Origin: Devosia sp.
GTDB lineage: Bacteria; Pseudomonadota; Alphaproteobacteria; Rhizobiales; Devosiaceae
Length of the DNA stretch: 64,000 nucleotides
Direction: 5' to 3'
Assembly (NCBI GenBank): GCA_039918675.1
Contig: JBDSHC010000088.1
Location: forward strand, 3,790 to 67,789
Shown here: positions 10,583-21,154 of the stretch, one piece after another
Layout: each line of letters begins with the position of its first letter
Position numbering within the stretch: the first letter of the stretch is position 1
Notes under the pieces: model-generated
The model's input: only the letters and a program-made list of their open reading frames with translations
The model's database searches: none
What the model was told of the DNA's origin: nothing
Program-made: the position numbers and the translations under genes

Positions 10583-13462
10583 ATGCGGCAGTTCTTCATC
10601 CTCGCGATGCTGTTTTTCGTCGCCCTGGGGGCGGCCTTGCCCGCGCGGGCGTTCGAGGTCGTTTCCGTCCCCGAAAACGTCAACGCGGTTAATCTGACCA
10701 ATGCCAAGGATCTGGTCGCGGGAACCGGCGGCAAGATCCAGCTCTCCACGGCCCCAGGCGAAGACGGCATCATCCGCCGCATCGAGGTTCTGGCGAGCGT
10801 CGGCGGCACCAATCCGAACTGGGCCCTGTTCGCCCTGCGCAACGATTCCGACGTGCAGATCGACCGGCTGCTGGTCGCACCGTTCTTCCGCCTGCCGGGC
10901 TCCGGCGTGTTCCGTCCCGACCTCGGCTCGCTCCGCATCAACGCGCTGACGCCGAGCGCCGGCATCCGCCCCGTTCGCCTCGTCGATCGCGAGGCCGATG
11001 TCTTCGAGGTCACTCTCGACCCCGGCGCCACCGTCACCTTCGTCGCCGAACTCAATGGCGCGAAGCTTCCCGAACTCTACCTCTGGAAGCCCGACGCCTA
11101 CCGCGACTACGTCAACTCGTTCACGCTGTTCCGCGGTGTGGTGCTCGGCGTTGCGTCGTTGGCCGCCGTTTTTCTCACCATCATGTTCGTCGTGAAGGGC
11201 AGGGGCATCTTCCCCGCGACGGCCGCGTTCGCATGGGCGGTGCTGATCTATCTCTTGATCGATTTCGGCGTCTTCGGTCCGCTGCTTGGCCTCTCGAACG
11301 GCGCTACACAACCGTTCCGCGCCGCTGCCGAGGCCGGCATCGCCACGACTCTGTTCGCGTTCTTATTCATCTATTTGAATCTGCATCGCTGGCATCTGCG
11401 CTTCGTCACGCTCGCCCTGGCCCTGACCGTCGTCTTCCTCGCGCTGTTCGGCTTCGCCTTCTTCCAGCCCGCCATCGCCGCCACCATCGCGCGTCTCGTG
11501 CTGGCGCTTCTCGCGCTTACCGGCTTCTTCCTGATCCTGCTGCTCGCCTTGCGCGGCTACGACCGCGCCGTGCTGCTGGTGCCGACCTGGATCATCTACA
11601 TCTCGTGGATATTCTACGGCTTCCTCGTGATCTCGGGGCAGGTCTCCAACGACGTCGCTCAGCCCGCGGTAGCCGGCGGCCTCGTGCTCATCGTCATGCT
11701 GCTCGGCTTTACCTCGGTGCAGCACGCCTTTTCCGAAGGACAGGTCTCCATCGGCACGCTCAGCGAGGTCGAGCGCCGCGCCCTCGCGCTCACCGGCTCC
11801 GGCGACTTCGTCTTTGACTGGAACATCGAGCGCGACCGCGTTGCCGTCTCCGACGAACTTTCGGTCCGCCTCGGCGAGCGGCGTGGCGCATTGCGCGGCG
11901 CCATCAAACGCTGGCTCGACCGCGTCCATCCCGAGGATCGCGACCGATTTAGAACTGCGTTCGACACACTGGTCGAGCTGCGCCGAGGCAAGGTCTCGAC
12001 CGACATTCGTCTCATCGCCCACGATGGCAGCTATCGCACCTTCCGCATGCGCGTGAAGCCGGTGCTCGGCGGCGACGGTCAGGTGACCCGCATCGTCGGC
12101 ACCCTGCAGGACGTCAACGAAGACCGCGCCTCGCGCGACCGCCTGCTGCACGATGCGGTGCATGACAGCCTGACCGGCCTCCCCAACAAGCAGCTGTTCC
12201 TCGATCGGCTCGAGCGCTCGCTGACCCGCGCCAAGCTGCCCAACGGCATCAAGCCCGCCGTGTTCCTGATCGATATCGACCGGTTCATGGAGCTCGAGGA
12301 ACGCGTCGGCCACTCCGCCGCCGATTCCGTGCTTCTCGCCATCTCGCGCCGCGTGGCTCGCATCATGCGTCCGCTCGATACGGTGGCGCGCCTGTCGGGC
12401 GACCAGTTCGCCGTGATCCTCGGCTCGGAAGCTGCCGCCGGCAAGATCGCCGAGACTGCCGAGCAGATCCGGAAGGCCCTCAAATCGCCATTCAATTTCG
12501 GCGACCGCGATCTATCGCTGACCGCCTCGATCGGCGTCACCATCTATGACGGCAATCCCGCCACCGCCGACGACGTCCTGCGCGATGCCGAACTCGCAAT
12601 GTACTACGCCAAACGCCTCGGCGGCGACCGCATCGAAGCCTATCGCGCCTCGGCCCGCTCCATCGCCGCCTACACGCGCGCCAGCGAGGAAGACCTCGAT
12701 CGCGGCCTCCGCCACGGCGAACTCGAAGTGCATTTCCAGCCCATCATGGACATCCATTCGGGTGAGATCGCGGGCGCTGAAGCGTTGATGCGCTGGAACC
12801 ACCCTCAGCGCGGCATCGTCGCGCCGGAAGAATTCATCCCGCTCGCCGAGCGCACCGGCATGATCGAGCGCCTCGGCCGCCTCGCCTTCGAACAGGCTGC
12901 CGGTCAGACCAAGGAGTGGTTGCGTACGCTGCCGATCACCGAAGAGTTCTTCGTGTCGGTTAATCTCTCGCCCAGCCAACTGCAGACCGAGACGCTGCTC
13001 TCGGACATGCGGGCGCTGGTCGCCGAGAACCGCCAGGTCGCCTCGCATCTGAAGCTCGAAATCACCGAGGGGCAGGTGATGAGCAACCCCGAGCATTCCG
13101 CCTATATGCTGAGTGCGCTGAAGGCGATGGGCCTGCGTCTCGCCCTCGACGATTTCGGCACTGGCCATTCATCGCTGAGCTACCTTCACCGCTTCCCCGT
13201 CGATACCATCAAGATCCCGGCCCCCTTCATCCAGATAGCCGACGATAGCGGTCTAGCCCACACCCAGGTGCCGATCATACGCGCGATCGTGACACTCGCC
13301 GCAGAACTCGATTTGCTGGTGATTGCCGAAGGCGTCGAGACCCTCGAAGAGATCGAACGCCTGCAGCAGCTCAACTGCCAGTTCGCTCAAGGCTTCGCTT
13401 TCGGCGCCGCCATGAGCGGTGCCGATTTCGGCAAGAAGCTGGCCACCCAGCTCGGCCGCTAG
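10583..13462 (+). CDS. Membrane sensor / PAS / GGDEF / EAL c-di-GMP phosphodiesterase
   Basis: Signal peptide, periplasmic domain, about 7 TMs, PAS (RVHPEDR), HDSLTGLPN, degenerate SGDQF, intact EALMRW and DDFGTG. Confidence 0.93.
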   Translation: MRQFFILAMLFFVALGAALPARAFEVVSVPENVNAVNLTNAKDLVAGTGGKIQLSTAPGEDGIIRRIEVLASVGGTNPNWALFALRNDSDVQIDRLLVAPFFRLPGSGVFRPDLGSLRINALTPSAGIRPVRLVDREADVFEVTLDPGATVTFVAELNGAKLPELYLWKPDAYRDYVNSFTLFRGVVLGVASLAAVFLTIMFVVKGRGIFPATAAFAWAVLIYLLIDFGVFGPLLGLSNGATQPFRAAAEAGIATTLFAFLFIYLNLHRWHLRFVTLALALTVVFLALFGFAFFQPAIAATIARLVLALLALTGFFLILLLALRGYDRAVLLVPTWIIYISWIFYGFLVISGQVSNDVAQPAVAGGLVLIVMLLGFTSVQHAFSEGQVSIGTLSEVERRALALTGSGDFVFDWNIERDRVAVSDELSVRLGERRGALRGAIKRWLDRVHPEDRDRFRTAFDTLVELRRGKVSTDIRLIAHDGSYRTFRMRVKPVLGGDGQVTRIVGTLQDVNEDRASRDRLLHDAVHDSLTGLPNKQLFLDRLERSLTRAKLPNGIKPAVFLIDIDRFMELEERVGHSAADSVLLAISRRVARIMRPLDTVARLSGDQFAVILGSEAAAGKIAETAEQIRKALKSPFNFGDRDLSLTASIGVTIYDGNPATADDVLRDAELAMYYAKRLGGDRIEAYRASARSIAAYTRASEEDLDRGLRHGELEVHFQPIMDIHSGEIAGAEALMRWNHPQRGIVAPEEFIPLAERTGMIERLGRLAFEQAAGQTKEWLRTLPITEEFFVSVNLSPSQLQTETLLSDMRALVAENRQVASHLKLEITEGQVMSNPEHSAYMLSALKAMGLRLALDDFGTGHSSLSYLHRFPVDTIKIPAPFIQIADDSGLAHTQVPIIRAIVTLAAELDLLVIAEGVETLEEIERLQQLNCQFAQGFAFGAAMSGADFGKKLATQLGR

Positions 13463-13503
13463 AGCGCGGATACCGACGAACGACCTACGACGCCTGATCA
13501 GTC

Positions 13504-13530
13504 TGTGCTGAGGTTTGTTGCCTCGGCACA
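13504..13530. terminator. Hairpin between convergent genes (possible terminator)
   Basis: TGTGCTGAGG-TTTGTTG-CCTCGGCACA, 10-bp stem with one G-U; no clear U-tail. Confidence 0.4.
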
Positions 13531-13695
13531 TGCCCCACCGGCTCGATCTTTGACTTGACGATCGCCCGGTCGAGACGTTCCTGCAGGGCGGCCTTAACGA
13601 GCTCCTCTGGCGTCAACCGGTCCCGTTTCGCCAACCGCCTGATGAGGGCGTTTCCTTAACGTTGAACAGGAATGAGCCGTCTACGAGGAACTTCA

Positions 13696-14274
13696 TCACG
13701 CGTGCCCGGCTGCCCCGCTGAGGCTGGCGCGGTTTATCCCCAACTGCCCCAAAGCCCGATCGTAGCGATCGGCCAACGCCGTCCGGAACAACAATTCGCG
13801 CGAGAACGGCACCGTCAGCCAGCCATTGAGCCCGATTTCGTTCTCAAGTTGTCGCGGCGCCCAGCCGCAATAGCCGAGCGCGAACACCGCATCGGCGGGC
13901 TCCGATTTGAACGCCATGGATTTGAGGATATCGAGCGTCGCCGTCAGGCAGATCTCGTCGCTTACGGCATACGAGTTTTCCTTGCGGAAATAGTCCGGCG
14001 AATGCAGCACGAAGCCGCGCCCGCGCTGCACCGGCCCGCCACGTAGGATTTCGCGGTCGCGCACCGTCGAGGGGAGGCGGATAATATCCGCCTTTTCACC
14101 AAGGCCCACCTCTTCGAGAATATCGGCGAAGCGCATGTCCTCGACCGGCTGGTTGACCACCAGCCCCATGGCGCCCTCGTCGCCATGCCCGACCACATAG
14201 ACCACGCTGTCGCGGAAGCGCTCGTCTCCCATGCCGGGCATCGCCAGCAGAAATTGGCCCCTGAGGGATTCCAT
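13696..14274 (-). CDS. YqgE/AlgH family protein
   Basis: FLLAMPGMGDERF, GAMGLVVN, GGPV and ALGYCGWAPRQLENE; ATG 14274 after GGAG. Confidence 0.93.
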   Translation of the reverse strand: MESLRGQFLLAMPGMGDERFRDSVVYVVGHGDEGAMGLVVNQPVEDMRFADILEEVGLGEKADIIRLPSTVRDREILRGGPVQRGRGFVLHSPDYFRKENSYAVSDEICLTATLDILKSMAFKSEPADAVFALGYCGWAPRQLENEIGLNGWLTVPFSRELLFRTALADRYDRALGQLGINRASLSGAAGHA

Positions 14275-14390
14275 ATTCGTCTCCGTCATCGCCAATCTAC
14301 TCCACAGCAGCGTGGCGGCAATATGCCGGTAACGCAGCGCTGAACTGTCGTGTCTTTTTTGGCACCCATTTTCATTGTATCGGGACAGCC

Positions 14391-15194
14391 ATGTTGAAGC
14401 TCATCGCCATCGCCTGTCTGACCCTCGCCGCTTCGCCCGCCTTTGCCGGCGCGACCCCGTGGCAGGACCTTGCCCCCGGCGTGAAGGCACGCCTCATTTC
14501 GTCCGACCATCTCGACGGCACGACGACGCTGGCCGGGCTCGAGATCGACATGCCGGCGACCACAAAGACCTATTGGCGCCTTCCCGGCGAGACTGGCATT
14601 CCGGCCCAGTTCGACTTCTCCGCCTCGAGCGGCATTTCTGAGCCCGCGATCCAGTGGCCCTATCCCGAGATCGACCGCAGCCAGGGCTATCTCGATTACG
14701 TCTATCACGGCCCCATCGTGCTGCCGGTCGAACTGAACACGACCGCGTCCGCCAGCATCATCGATGTATCGGTGACCCTCGGCATCTGCTCGGACATCTG
14801 CGTGCCCGCCATGGCGAAATTCACTCTGCCCCTGAACTTCGCAACCCCCGACAGCGCCCAGTCGATCCGGCTCGACCAAGCCATCGCCCGAACGCCCATC
14901 CTCTGGGATCAGCCGGGCCAGCCCTTCTCCACCGTCGAGATCGGCTTCGACGGCTCGCTGCATCTCCGCAATCCCGACCCCTCCATCGATCCGGCGAGCG
15001 TCATTGCCGATCTGGGCGACCCGGCCGTCCTGTTCGAAACGCCGCAAAAAAGCCCGGATGGAGCCATATGGACGCTGAAGCCGCTCGGGGGAGCGGCCAA
15101 GAAGGGGCTGGAGGGCAGTTCCGTTCAATTGACATTTCTGACCCCCTCGGGCCCTTATGCGGTGACCCGCACGATTGCGCCCAGCGCGCCCTAG
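14391..15194 (+). CDS. Exported DsbD N-terminal-like domain protein
   Basis: Signal peptide, KTYWRLPGETGIP and GICSDICVP motifs; divergent from yqgE, a common arrangement. Confidence 0.85.
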   Translation: MLKLIAIACLTLAASPAFAGATPWQDLAPGVKARLISSDHLDGTTTLAGLEIDMPATTKTYWRLPGETGIPAQFDFSASSGISEPAIQWPYPEIDRSQGYLDYVYHGPIVLPVELNTTASASIIDVSVTLGICSDICVPAMAKFTLPLNFATPDSAQSIRLDQAIARTPILWDQPGQPFSTVEIGFDGSLHLRNPDPSIDPASVIADLGDPAVLFETPQKSPDGAIWTLKPLGGAAKKGLEGSSVQLTFLTPSGPYAVTRTIAPSAP

Positions 15195-15231
15195 CGGGGC
15201 GACGGGTCCCATCCAACGGAAATTCTGAGCA

Positions 15232-15720
15232 ATGATCCAAGCCGGCGACAAGCTGCCGTCCGTTCCCGTCAAATTCGTCGACGCTGCCGGCGTCAGCGAC
15301 GCGGATACGTCTGATATTCTTGGCCAGGGCAGGGTCGTACTGTTCGGCGTCCCCGGCGCCTTCACGCCCACCTGCGACACGAGCCATCTGCCTGGCTTCG
15401 TCGGCGCGGCGAAGCGTATCAGGGAGGCCGGCATCGACCGGATCGTTTGCGCCACGGTCAACGACCACCACGTCGTCAAAGCGTGGGCCGAAAAGAGCGA
15501 AGCACTCGGGAAAATCGATTTCATCGCCGACAGCCACGCGCAATTGGCCGATGCCCTCGGCCTCGCCAAAGATTTCGGCGACCTCGGCCATCGTTTCATG
15601 CGCTTCGCGCTGATCGCACGCGACGGCGTGGTTGAACATCTCTTCGTGCAGGACGTCGCGGGCGTGACAGTTAGCGGCGCGCCTGCCATTCTGCTCACCC
15701 TGCAGGGGGAAACGGTATAG
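15232..15720 (+). CDS. Peroxiredoxin (Prx5 subfamily)
   Basis: PGAFTPTCxxxHLPG peroxidatic motif; VNDHHVVKAW. Confidence 0.93.
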   Translation: MIQAGDKLPSVPVKFVDAAGVSDADTSDILGQGRVVLFGVPGAFTPTCDTSHLPGFVGAAKRIREAGIDRIVCATVNDHHVVKAWAEKSEALGKIDFIADSHAQLADALGLAKDFGDLGHRFMRFALIARDGVVEHLFVQDVAGVTVSGAPAILLTLQGETV

Positions 15721-16319
15721 TGACTGGGGGAAATGCAGTGAGTTCTGTGTCTTTGGGTTTGCGGATCGCCGCGGTCTCCTCGTTTGGGCTTCTGCTTTCG
15801 GCCTGTTCGATGGGCGGCATTGGCGGTGCGCCGTCCGCCACCAACCAGGCCCTCCAGACCGCATCCGCCAGCCCCGCCGAGATCGCCGCGCAAAGCCCGG
15901 CTCTCCCGGCCATCGCCACCGAATGTCCGCCCATCAAGGTGCGCCCGGGTGCGGAAGCGATCTACTATTACGGCAAGGGTCAGGTCGGTAACCCCAAGGA
16001 CCTCCAGTACCAGGCCGTCATCGACAAGCAGTCGCGCAATTGCGTCGTCTCCAACGGCCTGATCACCGTGAAGATGGGCGTCGTCGGCCGCTTCTTGCTC
16101 GGGCCTGCCGGCAACCAGACCAGCGTCGACCTGCCGCTGCGTTTCGCCGTCGAGCGCGACGAGGCGCCGCTGTTCTCCGAGAAATATTCGATCCCCGTCA
16201 CGGTCGCGCCCTCCGCGCAGTCGAGCGAGTTCGTCAAAGTCGTCGAGAACGTCCAGATCCCCTACGTGGCCGGCGACGACATCGTTATCTGGGTGGGTTT
16301 CGACTCCAAGGCCTCATAA
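15720..16319 (+). CDS. Conserved hypothetical lipoprotein
   Basis: Lipobox LLLSAC; ECPPIKVR and second Cys in SRNCVV; start uncertain (15720 or 15738). Confidence 0.75.
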   Translation: MTGGNAVSSVSLGLRIAAVSSFGLLLSACSMGGIGGAPSATNQALQTASASPAEIAAQSPALPAIATECPPIKVRPGAEAIYYYGKGQVGNPKDLQYQAVIDKQSRNCVVSNGLITVKMGVVGRFLLGPAGNQTSVDLPLRFAVERDEAPLFSEKYSIPVTVAPSAQSSEFVKVVENVQIPYVAGDDIVIWVGFDSKAS

Positions 16320-16333
16320 CTCCGCCGCGCCGG

Positions 16334-16362
16334 TTGACTCCGGCACGGCAAAATCGTCATCT
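16334..16362 (+). promoter_or_regulatory. Sigma70-type promoter of the gcv leader
   Basis: TTGACT-17 nt-TCATCT, placing the start site at about 16369 where the riboswitch begins. Confidence 0.6.
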
Positions 16363-16368
16363 CGAAAT

Positions 16369-16600
16369 GACTGCGGGAGATACCGGGCGCGAGCTCGGAG
16401 CCGAAGGCGCAACCGCCCCGGAAACGCTCAGGCACAACGGACCGCAGTCGTACTGAACTCTGGAAAGCAGGCGCCAGGGTGAGCCCCGAAAAGTTGCGAA
16501 ACTTTCGGACAAGGCGAAACCCCAGCACACAGCCTCACCGAAGGAGCAACTCGCCCATAGGCGGCGGGGAAATCTCTCAGGTTAGCGGACAGAGGGGGCA
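16369..16600 (+). ncRNA. Tandem glycine riboswitch
   Basis: Aptamer 1: GACTGCGGGAGA...GCCGAAGGCGCAA...CTCAGG...CCGCAGTC. Aptamer 2: CTCTGGAAAG...CACCGAAGGAGCAA...CTCTCAGG...CAGAG. Directly upstream of gcvT. Confidence 0.96.
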
Positions 16601-16655
16601 CGGCGCGCAGGCGAAAGCTTGCGGGCACTCGTGCAACCGAATCCGGTGTTCCTAG

Positions 16656-17825
16656 ATGTCAGAATCCTCTGACGCCCCCCTTAAGACCGTTCCGCTGAAC
16701 GACGAGCACATCAAGCTTGCCGGCCGCATGGTGCCATTCTCGGGCTATTCGCTGCCCGTCCAATACCCCACCGGCATCATCGCCGAGCACAAATGGACCC
16801 GCGAACACGCCGGCCTGTTCGACGTCTCGCATATGGGCCCGAGCTTCCTGCTGCTTACCGATAAGTCCGGCGATGCGCAGGCCGATCACGAGGCGATCGC
16901 CGCGCTGGTCGAGCCGCTCGTCGTCGGCGACATCCGTGGGCTGAAGCCGGGCCAGATCCGTTACACATTGCTGCTCAATGACGAGGGTGGCACCCGCGAC
17001 GATCTGATGATCGCGAGGCCCGCCGACCTTGCCTGGGGCGGCACGCTCTACATCATCGTCAACGCCGGCACCAAGGGCGCCGATTGGGGCCACATGGCCG
17101 CCGCCACGGCCGGCACAGCAACACTGAATCAGGCCGACAATTGCGGTCTTCTCGCCCTCCAGGGCCCCGAGGCCATCGCCGTTCTCAGTGCCATGATTCC
17201 GGAAATCGCTGATCTCGGCTTCATGACCCATGCCTCGTTCAAATGGGGCGGCACGACGCTTGTCGTCTCGCGCTCCGGCTACACCGGCGAGGATGGCTTC
17301 GAGATCCTGGTCCAGCCCGAATTCGCCACACAATTGTGGAACGCACTTCTATCCGACGCCCGCGTCAAACCCATCGGCCTCGGCGCCCGCGACAGCCTCC
17401 GCCTCGAGGCCGGTTTGCCGCTCTACGGCCACGACCTCGATGACACCGTCTCGCCCATCGAAGCCGGGCTCAACTTCGCCGTCAGCAAGCGCCGCCGCGA
17501 AGCCGCCGACTTCCCCGGTGCACAGCGCGTCCTCACCGAGCTCGCCGGCAATCTCGGCCGCGTCCGCGTCGGGCTCTTCGTCGAAGGCGCGCCAGCGCGC
17601 GAGGGCGCGACCATTGTCGACGAGCATGGCCAGGGCATCGGCCGCGTCACCTCGGGCGGCTTCTCGCCCTCGCTGAGCCGCGCCATCGCGCTCGGCTTCG
17701 TCCACCCCAACCACGCCGCGCCGGGCACAAAATTGCAGGTCGCCGTCCGCGAGCGGCTGCAGCCCGCAGAAGTCACCACGCTCCCCTTTGTCCCCCATCG
17801 CTACGTCCGGAAGGCCACGCCATGA
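16656..17825 (+). CDS. gcvT: Glycine cleavage aminomethyltransferase T
   Basis: GLFDVSHMG, SRSGYTGEDGFE and GLGARDSLRLEAG. Confidence 0.98.
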   Translation: MSESSDAPLKTVPLNDEHIKLAGRMVPFSGYSLPVQYPTGIIAEHKWTREHAGLFDVSHMGPSFLLLTDKSGDAQADHEAIAALVEPLVVGDIRGLKPGQIRYTLLLNDEGGTRDDLMIARPADLAWGGTLYIIVNAGTKGADWGHMAAATAGTATLNQADNCGLLALQGPEAIAVLSAMIPEIADLGFMTHASFKWGGTTLVVSRSGYTGEDGFEILVQPEFATQLWNALLSDARVKPIGLGARDSLRLEAGLPLYGHDLDDTVSPIEAGLNFAVSKRRREAADFPGAQRVLTELAGNLGRVRVGLFVEGAPAREGATIVDEHGQGIGRVTSGGFSPSLSRAIALGFVHPNHAAPGTKLQVAVRERLQPAEVTTLPFVPHRYVRKATP

Positions 17826-18187
17826 CCGTCAAATACACCGAAGACCACGAATACATCCGCGTCGATGGCGCGACCGGCACCGTCGGCATCACCAATTACG
17901 CGCAGGACCAGCTCGGCGACATCGTCTTCGTCGAGCTGCCGAAAGTTGGCCAGAAGCTCAAGAAGGGCGACGAAGCCGCCGTCGTCGAATCCGTCAAGGC
18001 CGCCTCCGAAATCTACGCCCCCGTTTCCGGCACCGTGACCGCAATCAATGACGCCCTCACCGGCGAGCCCGGCCTCATCAACACGTCGCCCGATGCCGAC
18101 GGCTGGATCTACAAGCTCAGCCTCGACAATCCCGGCGAGTTGGACTCGCTTTTGGACGCCGCCGCCTACACCAAGCACACCGCCTGA
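17822..18187 (+). CDS. gcvH: Glycine cleavage H protein
   Basis: [20 protein letters not shown]; lipoyl site VESVKAASE. Confidence 0.98.
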   Translation: MTVKYTEDHEYIRVDGATGTVGITNYAQDQLGDIVFVELPKVGQKLKKGDEAAVVESVKAASEIYAPVSGTVTAINDALTGEPGLINTSPDADGWIYKLSLDNPGELDSLLDAAAYTKHTA

Positions 18188-18195
18188 GGATTTCG

Positions 18196-19551
18196 ATGCG
18201 TTATCTCCCCCATTCCGACACCGAGCGCGCCGACATGCTTGCCGTCATCGGCGCCGCCTCGGCCGAAGCGCTATTCAGCGCCGTGCCAAAATCGGCGCTG
18301 CTCGATAAGCCGGTCGATCTGCCAAAACACTCGCCCGAGTTCCTCGTCGAAGCGCATATGCGCAACCTCGCGAGCAAGAACCGCGCTGGTGCCGATGGTC
18401 CGTTCTTCGTCGGCGCCGGCGCCTATCGCCACCATGTGCCCGCCAGCGTCGATCATCTGATCCAGCGCAGCGAATGGCTCACCGCCTACACGCCCTACCA
18501 GCCCGAAGTGTCGCAGGGCACGCTGCAGATGCTGTTCGAGTTCCAGACCCAGGTCGCGCATCTGACCGGCATGGAGGTCGCCAACGCGTCGATGTATGAC
18601 GGCTCGACCGCCACCGCCGAAGCCGTGCTGATGGCGCGCCGCCTCACCCGCAAGGACAAGATCATCCTCTCGGGCGGCCTCCACCCGCATTATCGCGACG
18701 TGGTCCGCACCAATCTCGCCAACTCGCCCAATCTCATCTGCCTGCCCGCATCGCCGGAAGGGCAGGGCGACATCCTCGATCGTATCGACGATGACACGGC
18801 GGCCATCGTCATCCAGACGCCCGATTTCTTCGGCCATCTGCGCGATGTGAAGAAGGCCGCCGACGCCATCCATGCAAAGGGTGGCCTGCTGATCGTCGTG
18901 GTCACCGAAGTCGTCTCGCTCGGCCTCATCGAATCCCCGGGCGCTCTGGGTGCCGATATCGTCGTGTGCGAAGGCCAGTCGATCGGCAATGCGCTGAACT
19001 TCGGCGGGCCCTATGTCGGGCTGATGGCGACCAAAAAAGAGTTCATCCGCCAGATGCCCGGCCGCCTCTGCGGCGAGACCGTCGATGCCGATGGCAATCG
19101 CGGCTTCGTGCTGACGCTGTCGACGCGCGAACAGCACATCCGCCGCGAGAAGGCGACGAGCAACATCTGCACCAATTCCGGCCTTTGCGCGCTGGCCTTC
19201 TCGATCCATATGGGTCTCCTCGGCGAAGCCGGACTGACCCGCCTCGCGCGCCTCAACCACGCCCGCGCCGTGCGCCTGTCGAAGGCCCTCCGCGCCGTGC
19301 CGGGTGTAGAGCTCCTGAACAAGAGCTTCTTCAACGAAATGACGATCCGCCTGCCGGTCCCCGCGGCGCCGATCATCGAGTTGCTCGCCAAGGCCGACAT
19401 CCTCGCCGGCGTTCCGGTCAGCCGCCTCATCCCGGACGACCCCGCGGTCGAGAACCTCATCGTCCTCGCGGTCACCGAACTCACCACCGATATGGATATC
19501 GACATGCTCGGCGAATGCCTCCATGCCGCACTGAATGGAGATGCAGCATGA
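18196..19551 (+). CDS. gcvPA: Glycine dehydrogenase subunit 1
   Basis: [27 protein letters not shown] and [10 protein letters not shown]. Confidence 0.98.
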   Translation: MRYLPHSDTERADMLAVIGAASAEALFSAVPKSALLDKPVDLPKHSPEFLVEAHMRNLASKNRAGADGPFFVGAGAYRHHVPASVDHLIQRSEWLTAYTPYQPEVSQGTLQMLFEFQTQVAHLTGMEVANASMYDGSTATAEAVLMARRLTRKDKIILSGGLHPHYRDVVRTNLANSPNLICLPASPEGQGDILDRIDDDTAAIVIQTPDFFGHLRDVKKAADAIHAKGGLLIVVVTEVVSLGLIESPGALGADIVVCEGQSIGNALNFGGPYVGLMATKKEFIRQMPGRLCGETVDADGNRGFVLTLSTREQHIRREKATSNICTNSGLCALAFSIHMGLLGEAGLTRLARLNHARAVRLSKALRAVPGVELLNKSFFNEMTIRLPVPAAPIIELLAKADILAGVPVSRLIPDDPAVENLIVLAVTELTTDMDIDMLGECLHAALNGDAA

Positions 19552-21095
19552 GCATGAACAACCAGGGCCGTCCCACCGGCACCGGCATTTCGGGTTACGC
19601 GTCGACCTCCGGCTCGTCACTGCTCCCCAACGAACCGCTTCTGTTCGAGATCGGCGACACCGAGCACTCGGGCGTCGATCTGCCTGACGCGACCATCACC
19701 GGCGAATTCCTCGGCGGTTTCGAGCGGAAAACCCCGCTCGATCTCGCCGGTCTCACCGAGCCCGAGGCGATGCGCCACTATGTGCGCCTGAGCCGCCTCA
19801 ACTACTCGATCGACAGCGGCATGTATCCGCTCGGCTCGTGTACGATGAAGCACAATCCGCGCCTCAACGAAAAAATGGCGCGGCTCCCGGGCTTCGCCGA
19901 CATCCACCCGCTGCAGCCGGTCTCGACCGTGCAGGGCGCGCTGGAGCTGATGAATGAACTCGCCCACTGGCTGATGACACTCACCAACACCGCCGCGATC
20001 TGTCTCACGCCCAAGGCCGGCGCCCACGGCGAGATGGCCGGCATGATGACCATTCGCGCTGCGCAGGAAGCCAAGGGCCAAGCGCACCGGAATATCGTTC
20101 TTGTCCCCGAGAGCGCCCATGGCACCAACCCCGCCACCGCCGCGTTCCTCGGCTACACCGTGAAGCCCATACCCGCCCGCGCAGATGGCACGGTCGATGC
20201 CGCGGCAGTCAAAGCCGCGCTCGGCCCCGACGTCGCGGCCATCATGCTGACCAACCCCAATACGTGCGGCCTGTTCGAGCCTCAGGTGATCGAGATCGCG
20301 AAAGCGGTGCATGACGCCGGTGCCTATTTCTACTGCGATGGCGCCAATTTCAACGCCATCATGGGCGTGGTGCGGCCGGGCGATCTCGGCATCGACGCCA
20401 TGCACATCAACCTCCACAAGACCTTCTCGACGCCCCATGGCGGCGGTGGTCCCGGCGCGGGTCCGGTCGTCCTGTCCGAAGCGCTAGCGCCCTTCGCCCC
20501 CGTACCCTTCGTGCGCAAGGGCGATGGTCCGCTGACCCTCGTCGAACACTCCACCGATACCCATCTCGGCCGTATCACCGCCTTCAACGGCCAGATGGGC
20601 ATGTATGTCCGCGCGCTCACCTACATGCTGAGCCATGGCAGCGATGGCCTCGCGCAGGCAGCCAAGGACGCTGTGCTCAACGCCAACTACATCAAGGCGC
20701 GGTTGAGCCACGTCTACTCGGCTCCGTTCGGCGAAGGGCCGTGCATGCATGAGGCGCTGTTCGACGACCACTTCCTCGATGGCACCGGCATCACCACGCT
20801 CGATCTCGCCAAGGCGATGATCGACGAGGGCTTCCACCCCATGACCATGTACTTCCCGCTGGTGGTGCATGGCGCCATGCTGATCGAGCCGACCGAGAGC
20901 GAGCCCAAGCAGACCCTCGATCACTTCTGCGACGTGATGCTGGAACTCGCGACCGACGCCAAGGCGGGCAACGCCGAGCGCTTCACGGCCGCGCCGACCC
21001 GCGCCCCACGCCGCCGCCTCGACGAAACCCGCGCCGCGCGCCAGCCGAAACTGACTTGGGAGCGCCCGCAATCGTTACCGCAGGCCGCCGAATAG
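19548..21095 (+). CDS. gcvPB: Glycine dehydrogenase subunit 2
   Basis: [12 protein letters not shown] and [18 protein letters not shown] (PLP lysine); ATG 19548 overlaps gcvPA stop. Confidence 0.98.
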   Translation: MSMNNQGRPTGTGISGYASTSGSSLLPNEPLLFEIGDTEHSGVDLPDATITGEFLGGFERKTPLDLAGLTEPEAMRHYVRLSRLNYSIDSGMYPLGSCTMKHNPRLNEKMARLPGFADIHPLQPVSTVQGALELMNELAHWLMTLTNTAAICLTPKAGAHGEMAGMMTIRAAQEAKGQAHRNIVLVPESAHGTNPATAAFLGYTVKPIPARADGTVDAAAVKAALGPDVAAIMLTNPNTCGLFEPQVIEIAKAVHDAGAYFYCDGANFNAIMGVVRPGDLGIDAMHINLHKTFSTPHGGGGPGAGPVVLSEALAPFAPVPFVRKGDGPLTLVEHSTDTHLGRITAFNGQMGMYVRALTYMLSHGSDGLAQAAKDAVLNANYIKARLSHVYSAPFGEGPCMHEALFDDHFLDGTGITTLDLAKAMIDEGFHPMTMYFPLVVHGAMLIEPTESEPKQTLDHFCDVMLELATDAKAGNAERFTAAPTRAPRRRLDETRAARQPKLTWERPQSLPQAAE

Positions 21096-21154
21096 GTCGG
21101 CACCCGCACTAGACGCCGATTCCTCTCCCGCTATTGTGCGGGTGAGGAATCGCC

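Noticed and set aside
18966-19547. 709-aa ORF call for gcvPB
   Set aside because: The extension overlaps gcvPA in another frame; the real start is ATG 19548, coupled to the gcvPA stop.
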